Part shown: in pieces, positions 17,450 to 27,277 of the stretch
Numbering within the stretch: the stretch's first letter is position 1
Layout of the letters: each line of letters starts with the position of its first letter
From: a virus
Taxonomy: Duplodnaviria > Caudoviricetes
DNA: 42,131 nt
Virus record (IMG/VR): IMGVR_UViG_3300005805_009402
Coordinates: 1 to 42,131 of that record
Strand: one strand, 5' to 3'
The notes under the pieces: model-generated
Seen by the model: the letters and a program-made list of their open reading frames with translations, nothing else
The model's database searches: none
What the model was told of the DNA's origin: nothing
Translations under genes and position numbers: made by a program

Positions 17450-18370
17450 ATGCTAAGCTATAAAGACTGGAAGCAATTAAACGAATCTTTGGGATCAATG
17501 AACTTAGGGCTGAAGCAAAACCAAAATTTGGGAATAAGCGGCATAAATCAAGATGTTACTCCCGATGAGGGACAAGTAGATTTAAGTGAAAAAAGCAAAA
17601 AAGTAAGCTCGAACGCAAAAGAAGAGCATTCTTGTGGATGCACAAAAAAAATGAAGGCAGATAAGTGCATGTGCAAAAAAATGTTTGGAGATAAAGAAGT
17701 AGAAGACGAAGTAGAAGACGAAGTAGAAGACGAAGAAGAAGAAGAAAAGGAGGAAGAAGAGGAGGAGGACGAAGAAGAAGATGAAGACGAAGAAGATGAA
17801 GACGAAGAAGATGAAGACGAAGAAGAGGATGAAGACGAAGAAGAGGATGAAGACGAAGAAGAGGATGAAGACGAAGAAGAGGATGAAGAAGAAGAAGAGG
17901 ATGAAGAAGAAGAAAATAAAAAAGTAAAAAAAGAAGAAGCAGAAGGTTTAGAAATTGATCAAGAAAAAGAATGGCTCGGAAGCATTATAGGACAAATAGG
18001 CCAACCAATAACAAAATTTGATGATGGGATGTCTGACATGACGCCGGGAACCGTTGGTTTTGCTACAACAGGCAGAATTGCCGACAACTTTTCTTCCAAT
18101 GAAAGTGTGGATAATAAAAACATAAAAAAAAATAACAAAAAAGAAAAAGAAGAAAAAGGACTAACTCCCAAACAAAAAAAACTTCCAAAAGCTTTGCAAG
18201 ATGCGATTCTTAAAAAGAAAAATAAAGACCATAAAGATGACCACGATGAAGATGAGCACGATGAAGATAAGCACGATGAAGAAGAAAAAGGACTAACTCC
18301 CAAACAAAAGAAACTTCCAAAAGCTTTGCAAGATGCTATTCTTAAAAAGAAAAACATAAAAAAAAACTAG
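17450..18370 (+). CDS. Highly acidic low-complexity protein (scaffold or internal-head-like), possibly frameshift-fused to the downstream helicase
   Basis: About 70-residue Glu/Asp tract; duplicated GLTPKQKKLPKALQDAILKKK; AGGAG RBS; ends in A9-CTAG. Confidence 0.85.
   Translation: MLSYKDWKQLNESLGSMNLGLKQNQNLGISGINQDVTPDEGQVDLSEKSKKVSSNAKEEHSCGCTKKMKADKCMCKKMFGDKEVEDEVEDEVEDEEEEEKEEEEEEDEEEDEDEEDEDEEDEDEEEDEDEEEDEDEEEDEDEEEDEEEEEDEEEENKKVKKEEAEGLEIDQEKEWLGSIIGQIGQPITKFDDGMSDMTPGTVGFATTGRIADNFSSNESVDNKNIKKNNKKEKEEKGLTPKQKKLPKALQDAILKKKNKDHKDDHDEDEHDEDKHDEEEKGLTPKQKKLPKALQDAILKKKNIKKN
17696..17913 (+). repeat. Tandem purine-rich coding repeats (12-nt EVED x3, 18-nt EDEEED units)
   Basis: gaagtagaagac three times; gaagacgaagaagaggat repeated. 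Confidence 0.9.
18149..18354 (+). repeat. 74-nt direct repeat (18149-18222 and 18281-18354, 2 mismatches)
   Basis: gaagaaaaaggactaactcccaaacaaaa.aaacttccaaaagctttgcaagatgc.attcttaaaaagaaaaa occurs twice. Confidence 0.9.
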
Positions 18371-18531
18371 TTGAAAATAATTTAGATAATTCAATAAGCT
18401 CTTTAATTTTAGAGTTTATATTCAATAGTGGAAAATTTAAAGGTAAAAACTCTTCAGAAGTCCCGCTAGGGTATCTCATAACTTTAAGAAATGCTTGGAA
18501 TGATCCTAATTCTAAATATGATCTAAGAAAA

Positions 18532-20958
18532 ATGAAGCAATCTTTTAGTTTAGAAGAACTAGAGAATGAGATAGAAAAGCAGTCTAATAAGAGCAAACAA
18601 AAACCTGTTTATACAGCACCTTCAGATACAAAAAGTGCTCCAGAAAAAGCAGAGCCATCTAGGGTTGCCATAAAAACTTTGGGAAAGTATATAGCAGGAC
18701 AAGCAGAAAAATCAGATAAGGGATTGGTTAAAGATGAAAAAGTTATAATAGAAAAAATACCTAACGGATGGAAATTTTTTGGATTAAAGTCAAATAATAG
18801 TGGCATTTTATCTACAGAAGAAATAAAAGGATTTATAAAATCTATAAGAGATGAGCTTGATCAGCCTATTTCTTCAAATAATTTCGAAGAATTAAAAAAT
18901 AAAATAAATATAGAAGAACCACAAATAGAGCAAATAGAAAAGCAAGGAAAAAAACACATACTAGACTCAGAAAAATTAAGTGAAGAGCAAAAAAAAATAG
19001 ATAGTAAATTTGAAAAAATTATAGGATCTAATTCAAGTTCACATATTGTAATCAGAGCGTTGGCAGGCTCTGGAAAAACAACCATGCTAAAACATCTGGC
19101 TTGGAAATATGGAAGGCCTGGTCAAAAATGGTTGTATTTAGTTTTTAATACAAAAAACAAAGTAGAGGCGACAGAGAAATTTCCTCCATGGGTGCAAGTA
19201 AAAACAACAAATGGATTTTTAGGAGAAATACTAGAACATAGCAAAAACTCACTTAAAATAAACCAAACAAAAAGAATGGTAGATTTAATAAAAAATAAAG
19301 AAGAAAAAATACCAAGTAAAATAAGAATAATAGCCGACAGCAGTGAATTTAAAAATCTTTGTGCTAATAAATTTGGAATACCCGATGATAGCAAGTTAAG
19401 TGTTAAAGATAAAACTACATCAAGTATCATTAAATCAATTAGATATGGATTTAAAGAAGAAGTAATAAGATTAGCAGAATTATGCAAGTCTTTTTCTATT
19501 AACCCAAAAGATAAAGATGTAAAAATAAAAGTGAATCAAGTTTTTGATAAGTATGATATAGACTCTGAGCTATCTGAAATTAAAAAAAGGATATCAAAGT
19601 ATAGTTCAGGAGAATGGTTAAATAAACTATTAAAATCTTTATATCAAATACTTGGATATGACATAAGAAACAAAGATTTTAAAGAAGAAATAATAGATTG
19701 TACTATTTGGATATTAAATGAGAGTTTGCCAGGATCGACAAGCATAGTTTATTCTAAAGCAAGTAAAGATGGAAGAATACAAAAATTTAATTTAAGAGAT
19801 TATAGAGATTTTACAGACGATTTGTGGTATTCATCTATTAATGCAGATAATCTTGTTTGGCCAAAATATGACTTTGTTTTAGCAGACGAAGTTCAGGATT
19901 TTAATGAAAGTCAAAAGATAATGCTGAGAAAATTATCAGATGCCGGTGCCAAAATAGTGGCTGTAGGTGACGAAAACCAGTCTATCTATAGATTCAGAGG
20001 AGCAGATTCTAAAGCATTTAATAATTTGCTAGGTGAATTATCAGGTTTAAGCGATGAAAAAGATGTTGAACACTCTCTGACCACTAATTATAGGTCTAGA
20101 TCTGGAATTATTGATTTTGTTAATAACGCAACTAAAGTAAAAAACTTAAAAGGAAAAGTTTTTGATGATGGAAAAGCAGGAGAGGTCAGTGTAGAAGAAA
20201 AAGATTATGAAGGAATATTTGATTTTATAAAAAAGGAAAATGATAATAATAGTTTAAAAGAAACTGCTTTTATAGCAAGAACAAATCAACCGTTGGCACA
20301 CGCAGCACTAAAACTGCTTGCTGACGGTGTGCCGTTTGTTATTTTGGGAAAAGATTTGGCTAACGAACTAGTAAAACATGCAGAAAAAATAATGAAGTTT
20401 AAAAAACTGGAGCCGCAAGATGACGCCAGACAATTAAGTTATGCCTTAGAAGAGTATAAGAACTCAGAAATAGAAAGTCATGGAGACCAAAGCTCCAAAA
20501 AAGCACAATTACAAGAATTAAGCGAGACAACAGAAGCATTATTAAGTTGTATAGATCAATTTTATGGTTTAAATGAAGCAGTAGAAATGCTTGTTTTATC
20601 GGGCATATTAATAGAAAATAATATTAAACAAAGAGACAAAACAATTAAAAGCTTTATAAATTGGTTAAAAGATAAACTATCTGGACTTAATATAGAGGAA
20701 AAAGAGAGTGATCTTAAGACATATAAAGAAAAATTAGAAAAAGAAAAGCCAGTTATATTAACAACTGCACATAAATCTAAGGGATTAGAATTTGACAGAG
20801 TTTATGTTTTAAGAGATGACTTGTTCCCAAGCCCAAAAGCAAAAAGAGAAGAAGACTTAGAACAAGAAGAGAATGCAAAATATGTAGCCTATACCAGGGC
20901 TAAAGATCAATTGCATGTAGTAAAATTAGACGGACAGCCGGGATATTCTAAAAAATAA
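18532..20958 (+). CDS. UvrD/Rep-family SF1 helicase (reading frame extends upstream to 18346 without a canonical start)
   Basis: ALAGSGKTT, DEVQD, VGD.NQSIY.FRGA, NYRS, ARTN, TAHKSKGLEF and YVAYTRAK motifs. Confidence 0.93.
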   Translation: MKQSFSLEELENEIEKQSNKSKQKPVYTAPSDTKSAPEKAEPSRVAIKTLGKYIAGQAEKSDKGLVKDEKVIIEKIPNGWKFFGLKSNNSGILSTEEIKGFIKSIRDELDQPISSNNFEELKNKINIEEPQIEQIEKQGKKHILDSEKLSEEQKKIDSKFEKIIGSNSSSHIVIRALAGSGKTTMLKHLAWKYGRPGQKWLYLVFNTKNKVEATEKFPPWVQVKTTNGFLGEILEHSKNSLKINQTKRMVDLIKNKEEKIPSKIRIIADSSEFKNLCANKFGIPDDSKLSVKDKTTSSIIKSIRYGFKEEVIRLAELCKSFSINPKDKDVKIKVNQVFDKYDIDSELSEIKKRISKYSSGEWLNKLLKSLYQILGYDIRNKDFKEEIIDCTIWILNESLPGSTSIVYSKASKDGRIQKFNLRDYRDFTDDLWYSSINADNLVWPKYDFVLADEVQDFNESQKIMLRKLSDAGAKIVAVGDENQSIYRFRGADSKAFNNLLGELSGLSDEKDVEHSLTTNYRSRSGIIDFVNNATKVKNLKGKVFDDGKAGEVSVEEKDYEGIFDFIKKENDNNSLKETAFIARTNQPLAHAALKLLADGVPFVILGKDLANELVKHAEKIMKFKKLEPQDDARQLSYALEEYKNSEIESHGDQSSKKAQLQELSETTEALLSCIDQFYGLNEAVEMLVLSGILIENNIKQRDKTIKSFINWLKDKLSGLNIEEKESDLKTYKEKLEKEKPVILTTAHKSKGLEFDRVYVLRDDLFPSPKAKREEDLEQEENAKYVAYTRAKDQLHVVKLDGQPGYSKK

Positions 20959-20959
20959 A

Positions 20960-21688
20960 TTAAATTGGCCTGGACTGAACCTCTGTTAAAAGCCTTGGAA
21001 GTGTTACCATGGCATCTTCTGTAAGCTTTTCATACTCATTTATATCCACGCTGAATATTTGATAATGGTGGCATATTGGGTTTTTCATTATCTGTGGATT
21101 AAATCCGGCTTTTTGAGCTTTTATAGTCATTAAAAAGCTCATTCCAACCTGGGGTAGATTTTCGCTCCATGGACCTATAGATCTCCAACAATCTCTAGTC
21201 ATCATACATAAATATTCTTGTAAAAATTCTACTTTAGAATCTCCCATCATATAACTAGAGAAATCTACGCCTACAAATCCTGCTTTATTATTTTCAGAAA
21301 CATTTACTAGTAAGTCTAACCAAGCAGGATTTGTTATCACAATATCACAATGCATAAAAATAATATATTTAGAATTTTTGTCTGTTGCTTTTGCTCCCTT
21401 ATTTGCGGCCGAAGACCAGTATTCATTTTTTTCTAACTTAACTACTTTTACTTCATTTTTAATATCATCTAAAAATGATTGGCTTTCTTCCCCGCTGCCA
21501 TTGTCTACTACTATTATTTCATAATTATTATTAAAGCTTGTTACAGCGATGCTTTGAAGGCATATGTTTAAATATTCTGGTCTGTCTTTATGAACTATTA
21601 CTATGCTTATTTGCTCCTCGGCAGAGCTTTGCATTGGTATTACCAGTTCTGGTTTATCGCCTTCTAGGGGGTTATATGGCTTATTCAC
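20960..21688 (-). CDS. Glycosyltransferase family 2
   Basis: ISIVIV, CLQSI, EIIVVDNGS, AANKG, F.HCD motifs; GTG start with AAGGAG RBS. Confidence 0.85.
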   Translation of the reverse strand: MNKPYNPLEGDKPELVIPMQSSAEEQISIVIVHKDRPEYLNICLQSIAVTSFNNNYEIIVVDNGSGEESQSFLDDIKNEVKVVKLEKNEYWSSAANKGAKATDKNSKYIIFMHCDIVITNPAWLDLLVNVSENNKAGFVGVDFSSYMMGDSKVEFLQEYLCMMTRDCWRSIGPWSENLPQVGMSFLMTIKAQKAGFNPQIMKNPICHHYQIFSVDINEYEKLTEDAMVTLPRLLTEVQSRPI

Positions 21689-21733
21689 TTTATTTTCTCC
21701 TTAAAATAAAATTAGTAAAAACATATTAATTTT

Positions 21734-21949
21734 TTATTCTTCTTCTATTTCTATTTCATAAATCGATTTCATAGAAGAACACTCTATAGAAAAGCCATTA
21801 GAATTTTGAATTACTTCTGTTGATACTTTATTTAATGGCTTCAAATATTCGTCTGCCTTAGTGTAGCTTTTAAAGGCTTTTTCTATTTTTACAAAAACCA
21901 TTTCTCCATTTATTTGCCTGGCTACATTTATAATTACGAATGCTTTCAT
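21734..21949 (-). CDS. Hypothetical protein
   Basis: 71-aa ORF, translationally coupled (TAATG). Confidence 0.7.
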   Translation of the reverse strand: MKAFVIINVARQINGEMVFVKIEKAFKSYTKADEYLKPLNKVSTEVIQNSNGFSIECSSMKSIYEIEIEEE

Positions 21950-22191
21950 TAATTTTTCCTTAATTTTGATATATTTTTATCTATATTTTTGATAAAGTTG
22001 GATAAAGCTTGAAATGGATAATTTCTTGCCATTTTCTTTAATTTTTCTTTGGTGGACTCTTCTATTTCTTTTTCGTCTATTATTTTAATAACTTCGTTTA
22101 AAGTTAATATTTTTAAATTGCTTGGCACTCTCTTTTCATTCTCTTCTTTATTTGCAGATAATCTAAATTTAAATTTTTCTGTTTCATTCAT
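21949..22191 (-). CDS. Hypothetical protein
   Basis: 80-aa ORF in a coupled operon. Confidence 0.7.
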   Translation of the reverse strand: MNETEKFKFRLSANKEENEKRVPSNLKILTLNEVIKIIDEKEIEESTKEKLKKMARNYPFQALSNFIKNIDKNISKLRKN

Positions 22192-22486
22192 TTGTTTTTT
22201 CTTTAATTATTGGATCATTAAATTTTTTTCTTAAAGTATCATTATTTATATCAGATATTATTTGTGTTATCCTAGAATTATTGACTACATCTGGGTCTTT
22301 TACATCTGTTATTGCATCATTATTAACTTGTCTTAAAACGAGTTCGTGTATGTCGCTTTTTATATTTTCATCCATTTCTATTAAAGAATAAACATTATTT
22401 TTTGCATAGTCTACAAAACAGACATACTCTTGTCCCTCGTATGTCACAAGAACAGGCATCAAATAATCAATTTTTATTTTTTTCAT
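22184..22486 (-). CDS. Hypothetical protein
   Basis: 100-aa ORF in a coupled operon. Confidence 0.7.
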   Translation of the reverse strand: MKKIKIDYLMPVLVTYEGQEYVCFVDYAKNNVYSLIEMDENIKSDIHELVLRQVNNDAITDVKDPDVVNNSRITQIISDINNDTLRKKFNDPIIKEKTNE

Positions 22487-22598
22487 TTTTAATATATTTT
22501 TCTAAAATTATATTAGTTAAAAAACCAAATATTCCAGTTATAATTCCTTTAAAACCTAAAATTAAAAAACTTGTAATATCTATAAAATTTTTTTTCAT
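22467..22598 (-). CDS. Small putative single-pass membrane protein (43 aa), not in the ORF track
   Basis: MKKNFIDITSFLILGFKGIITGIFGFLTNIILEKYIKNEKNKN; fills the gap at the head of the operon. Confidence 0.45.
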   Translation of the reverse strand: MKKNFIDITSFLILGFKGIITGIFGFLTNIILEKYIKNEKNKN

Positions 22599-22627
22599 AC
22601 TTTTTCTATTTTTGTTATAATACATAT

Positions 22628-23497
22628 ATGATATCTATTATTATACCTTTTAAATATGATTCAAACAACAGACTAGAAAATTTATTGGAAATATTAAAGT
22701 ACTTAAAAAAATATTGGACCTTTGAACAATTAATAGTATCAGAAATAGATGTTAATCCCAAGGCAATAAATCTGATACCAGACTGGGCTGACTATATTTT
22801 TGCTAAAGAAAAAGACTCAGACCAATGGTCTAGAGCAAAAAGAATAAATCTGCCTATACCTCTGATAAAAAATGAAATAACAATAATATTAGACGCAGAT
22901 TTAATTGTTGACTATTATTGTGTTCAGTTATCTGTAGAAAAAATAATAAAAGACGAAATAGATGCATTAACACCATTTGAAAAAGTTTATCATTTTCCGA
23001 GATCAATTGTCCTAAAAGAAATGCAAAACAAAGAAATAAAAACAAATGAATTTTGTAAAAATAAAAGTTATTCAAGATCTTTTGTAGCAAATGGAGGATG
23101 TTTTATTACTAAAACATCTATTTTTAAACATATAAGAGGAATGAACGAATCATTTATAGGGTGGGGCCTTGAAGACGATGAACTAATTAATAGATATATA
23201 AAATTAGGGTATCGTTATGGAAGAATAAGCGGGGTATCATCTATACACATTAATCACGAAAGAACAAAAAATTGTGAGATAGATTTAGAAAATTTTAATC
23301 GTTCTTTAATTGAAAAAAATAAAGGAATACTTTTTAGCAAAGAAGAAATGTTAAGTTATTTTGGAATAACAGAGCATTTAGGAGAATATAATCAGATAAA
23401 TAAAAATAATAATATACAAAATGAAAAATTATTAGAATTAGTAGATAAAGAAAAGCAGGCATACTTTAATTTAAAAAGTGAACCATATGAAATTTAA
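22628..23497 (+). CDS. GT-A glycosyltransferase (GT2 / galactosyltransferase-C-like)
   Basis: IIIPF, R..NL, LDAD, GG, GMNESFIGWGLEDDE and H..H motifs. Confidence 0.88.
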   Translation: MISIIIPFKYDSNNRLENLLEILKYLKKYWTFEQLIVSEIDVNPKAINLIPDWADYIFAKEKDSDQWSRAKRINLPIPLIKNEITIILDADLIVDYYCVQLSVEKIIKDEIDALTPFEKVYHFPRSIVLKEMQNKEIKTNEFCKNKSYSRSFVANGGCFITKTSIFKHIRGMNESFIGWGLEDDELINRYIKLGYRYGRISGVSSIHINHERTKNCEIDLENFNRSLIEKNKGILFSKEEMLSYFGITEHLGEYNQINKNNNIQNEKLLELVDKEKQAYFNLKSEPYEI

Positions 23498-23967
23498 TAT
23501 TTAGAATAAATTAAAGAAGAATAGTCGGTGCCTAAATTAATTTGTGAAATTTTTTCTTTATCAGAATAATCTTGTTTTATATCAAAAAACTCTTTTAAAG
23601 TTTGAAGAAATTGCTTGGCAACTTGTTCTGCCGCTTTTATGTCTTTATCTTCTGTTTCGTCTTTTTCATAGCTGTCAATTACCTCTCCATAAACTTTTTC
23701 AAAATCTAAAAGGCGAGGTGTACCTTGCGGCAGTTCTTTTGGTCCATTTTGAATTTTAAAAGCTATTTTATTTGCAATTGAATATATTCTTATACCTTTG
23801 ATTTCTTCATTATACTTTGGAGATTTTACATAAATATAAGAATCTTGCCCTTTTAAAAAAATTTTGTTTTTAATATTTAAAAATTTCAATAATTTATGTA
23901 ATATTTTAATTTTTTTAATAGATTCTAGAACAGACTTATTTTGATAATCACTAAAATTCATTAACAT
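23494..23967 (-). CDS. Hypothetical protein
   Basis: ORF of about 155 aa; likely start at ATG 23967 (TAATG coupling) or 23961 (MNFSDY). Confidence 0.75.
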   Translation of the reverse strand: MLMNFSDYQNKSVLESIKKIKILHKLLKFLNIKNKIFLKGQDSYIYVKSPKYNEEIKGIRIYSIANKIAFKIQNGPKELPQGTPRLLDFEKVYGEVIDSYEKDETEDKDIKAAEQVAKQFLQTLKEFFDIKQDYSDKEKISQINLGTDYSSLIYSKY

Positions 23968-25238
23968 TAGCAAGACCTCATTAATATTTCATTTGCACTC
24001 GGTACGCATCTTTGAATTATTGGAATGTCAGACGGGTTCCCGCCATAAGGAAACTCTTTTAAAGATACTCCATTTAAAACGGCAACAGCTTTTTTAAGGG
24101 TGTCAAAAGAAGAGGTTAAAAATAAATTACCATTTATTTTTTCTATGAAATTTAACTCATCTTTTTTAGGCATTCCATTTTCATCTAATTCGTCTTTTTC
24201 TACTGCTAAATTTATTTTTATGTTTAGGCTTGGCAATATGTTGCCATTAGAATCAAACAAACACTCATTTTCTTCTGAGCTTAAAAACTTAATAATAATT
24301 TTACCTTCAGAATAAGAGGAGGACAAACAGCTATTTAAATCTATTGCAAGCAAATAAACAGTGCCTTCTGGGCCCACGACATTTATCAAAAAGCTTCTCT
24401 CTTTATAAAAATCTGAAATTGATTCTACTATTATTCTTTTTCTTAAAACTTCTTTTTCTTCAGGACTACCTTCTTCAAGTCTTTTTAGCTCTGGCTCTTC
24501 TAGGTATTTTTCTTGATCATTAATTTTTAATCCCCATTTTCCAAGATCAACTTTGCCCCATTTTTCATTAAATCTTGTGGATATCTTTATTGAATAATTA
24601 ACATTATTATATATAATATCTTCGTTTTCTGAGCCACTTCCCACTTGTACTGCACCTAGCAAAGAAGATAAATATTTTCTATGAAGGTCGGCTTTCATTC
24701 CTAATGTTCCTTTTATTTTAATCAAAACCTTAAGTAGCTCAGGCATTTTTTTAAATACATAGTCTAAATGATTTGCCAAAGAAACGCTTGGATTATTTTC
24801 GTCTAATTCAGAATTAATAAGCTTTCTTAATTCTTTGTTAGCTTTTTCTATATTTGCATTCTGTTTTAAAAACAATATTTGCAAATTATCTTCTACAAAT
24901 TTTCTTTGATAAGAATCTAAGTCATCATCTCTAATTTGTTCGATTGATTCTATTAAGTCATTGGTAGAAGAATTAATACTGTCTTTAAAAAACTTCATTT
25001 TCCAACTTTCAAAATTATCTTGATCTTTATCTTCTTCTGGAATATCTGGCACTATTTGATCGTCTTGAACTTCAGGAGCCTGAGCAAGGCTATCTGGTTC
25101 TGTTTTGGATTTTTCTTCGTCTGGATTTTCAACTTGATCCTCTTGAGGAACAATAGCAGGGTCTTGGGGAGAACCTTGTTGAGTTTTTAATTCAGGTGAT
25201 TCTTCTTCTATCCAAAAATTTAAAGTGTTATGTTTCAT
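23967..25238 (-). CDS. Hypothetical protein with acidic, Pro-rich N-terminus
   Basis: 423-aa ORF. Confidence 0.8.
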   Translation of the reverse strand: MKHNTLNFWIEEESPELKTQQGSPQDPAIVPQEDQVENPDEEKSKTEPDSLAQAPEVQDDQIVPDIPEEDKDQDNFESWKMKFFKDSINSSTNDLIESIEQIRDDDLDSYQRKFVEDNLQILFLKQNANIEKANKELRKLINSELDENNPSVSLANHLDYVFKKMPELLKVLIKIKGTLGMKADLHRKYLSSLLGAVQVGSGSENEDIIYNNVNYSIKISTRFNEKWGKVDLGKWGLKINDQEKYLEEPELKRLEEGSPEEKEVLRKRIIVESISDFYKERSFLINVVGPEGTVYLLAIDLNSCLSSSYSEGKIIIKFLSSEENECLFDSNGNILPSLNIKINLAVEKDELDENGMPKKDELNFIEKINGNLFLTSSFDTLKKAVAVLNGVSLKEFPYGGNPSDIPIIQRCVPSANEILMRSC

Positions 25239-25707
25239 CTACTATTTTCCCTTTTTTATTAATGGCCTCTATTAGCTGTCTCTTGGACGAGCTAATATTT
25301 ATTGTATTATTTTGATTGGCTGACAAATATTTTGGATAAGTATCTCTATCTTTTAATTTTATCCTAGTCATTAAATCAGCTATTTTTGACATTTTGTCTG
25401 ATATCTCGGTCTTCACTTTTATTAAATTGACCAAAGACTCTTTGCTAGAGCTGGTTGAGTCTCCTTCATTTATAACCATATCTGCAAAATTATCTATGAA
25501 CTCAGAAACTTGCTTTCTATCTTCTCTTATGTTTCCCAATATCTCTTTGTAAATATCCATAAGCTGATCATCTGAGACGATAGTTGAAACATCGTCTTTT
25601 TCTGGGTTTTTTGATGGCATTTGCACATTCATGCTCGGAATAACTTCTTTTAAATCTTTTGGATTTATTTCAGGATTTACCGATAAATTTTCAGCTATTT
25701 CTTCCAT
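25228..25707 (-). CDS. Hypothetical helical protein, possible terminase small subunit (gp16-like)
   Basis: Helical core, then NQNNTINISSSKRQLIE, resembling gp16-like C-termini. Function is uncertain. Confidence 0.4.
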   Translation of the reverse strand: MEEIAENLSVNPEINPKDLKEVIPSMNVQMPSKNPEKDDVSTIVSDDQLMDIYKEILGNIREDRKQVSEFIDNFADMVINEGDSTSSSKESLVNLIKVKTEISDKMSKIADLMTRIKLKDRDTYPKYLSANQNNTINISSSKRQLIEAINKKGKIVDET

Positions 25708-25740
25708 TAAATATATATATACTATATAAGAATAAAATGT

Positions 25741-26046
25741 ATGAAGCTTTTTTTAGATAAAATAGAAACAGTTTTAGAAAAGTTCTATTCAGCAGAAAAA
25801 AATTATCAAGTACTTGATTCAAAAATAAAAAATATTGAAGAAAAATTAAAAGAAATAAGGCAAGAAAATAACCTGACAAAGAAAGAAATTCATTTATTAG
25901 AAAGTTTATTTGAATCAATAAAAATAAAAAACTCCCAAACAGATAGTTTTTGGAGTGGCACAATAGACTTTATTATTAAAATAGTTTGGATAATAGTAGT
26001 AAGTTTTATATTATACAAACTAGGGATAAACCCTCCTCCAATTTAA
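25741..26046 (+). CDS. Coiled-coil protein with C-terminal TM helix (XhlA- or holin-like architecture)
   Basis: Heptad N-terminus followed by FIIKIVWIIVVSFILY. Confidence 0.6.
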   Translation: MKLFLDKIETVLEKFYSAEKNYQVLDSKIKNIEEKLKEIRQENNLTKKEIHLLESLFESIKIKNSQTDSFWSGTIDFIIKIVWIIVVSFILYKLGINPPPI

Positions 26047-26086
26047 AAATATTTAAAAATAATATATATAATATCTGGACAAAAAT

Positions 26087-27277
26087 ATGGGAAACTTTAA
26101 AAATTATATACTTTTAAAAGAAAACACTGCAGATAATCAAGTTATCTCTAAAATAAAATTAAACAAATCAGATTTTGATAAAGAGTTTCAACCTTTTATT
26201 GTTGATAAAAATAATCATTCAAACCTAAGAATTTTGATGAAAACTTTTGAAAGAAGCCAAGACGTTGGTGTAGGCTATACGGTTTTAGATAAAAATAAAG
26301 GAGAAGTAGAGCCTAAGCTTAAGAAAAAAACTTTATATTTAACGGGTGGTGCGGTCAGAGATCACTTAAAAGGAAAGACTCCGAGAAATTATAATTTAGT
26401 AGTAGACGCATCTCCCAGCGAAATAGAAATGATATTAAATCACAGTAAAATTTATAAAAATAATAAAGAGTCAAAATATAGCTACTCAATTACAAAAACA
26501 GATCAAAAAAATAAACCTATAGAGTTTATAATAAGCATTAACGGAGATCAATTTTATTTATCTCCTCTAAGTAAATCTTATAAAAGCCGCAGCCAAGTTC
26601 CTGTAGATTTGGAATTGACCTCTGATCTAGGGGAAGATGCTAAAGGCAGAGACTTCACAATAAATGCAATGTATATACCTTTAAAAAATAGTGATGGGGA
26701 AAATACTGAGTTAATAGATATTTATGGAGGAGCACATCATCTTAAAGATGGACAAGTAGTAAGTATAGGTAATTTTTCAAAAAAAATAAAAGAAGATCCA
26801 ATAACAGCACACAGATACATTAGAATGGAATCCAGATATGGAAATAACAAAAAATTTCCAAATAAATTAGTAAGCACTACAAGTCAAATTGGGCCAAACC
26901 CAATGTACAAAAATGAGTTTTTGACTGGGTATGAAAATCAAGATATAGACAGAAACAAATATATTAATTTTTATAAAGATTCTGGATTGCTGAATAGTGT
27001 ATATCCAAAATGTAGCCTAAGCAACGAAAATATTCCAGAAGAAGCAATCGGAGATAGATTTTTAACTAGTGCTTGGTTGCTAAAAGATAATCCTTTGGAA
27101 AAAATAAATCAAATTAAAGATTCTGGATGGAGTGATCGGGAAATACTAGATATAGTAAACTTGATAAATATTTATAAAATATATAAAAATAAATTTTTAA
27201 ACACGGACGACTCGTATGTTAAATCTTCTTGTGGACTACCAGAGTATAAAATAAATCAATGGATAAAATTAATATAG
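26087..27277 (+). CDS. Class II tRNA nucleotidyltransferase/poly(A) polymerase homologue, catalytic DxD replaced by NxN
   Basis: LYLTGGAVRDHL.G..PRNYNL, EDAKGRDFTINAMY, D.YGG..HL and EDP motifs. Confidence 0.85.
   Translation: MGNFKNYILLKENTADNQVISKIKLNKSDFDKEFQPFIVDKNNHSNLRILMKTFERSQDVGVGYTVLDKNKGEVEPKLKKKTLYLTGGAVRDHLKGKTPRNYNLVVDASPSEIEMILNHSKIYKNNKESKYSYSITKTDQKNKPIEFIISINGDQFYLSPLSKSYKSRSQVPVDLELTSDLGEDAKGRDFTINAMYIPLKNSDGENTELIDIYGGAHHLKDGQVVSIGNFSKKIKEDPITAHRYIRMESRYGNNKKFPNKLVSTTSQIGPNPMYKNEFLTGYENQDIDRNKYINFYKDSGLLNSVYPKCSLSNENIPEEAIGDRFLTSAWLLKDNPLEKINQIKDSGWSDREILDIVNLINIYKIYKNKFLNTDDSYVKSSCGLPEYKINQWIKLI

Noticed and set aside
17696-17913. Tandem repeats as a CRISPR array
   Set aside because: No unique spacers; the repeats encode a Glu/Asp tract in frame.
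18368-18400. TAG read-through or alternative genetic code
   Set aside because: Reading through TAG at 18368 meets TAG and TAA within a few codons, and genes across the window are full length in the standard code.
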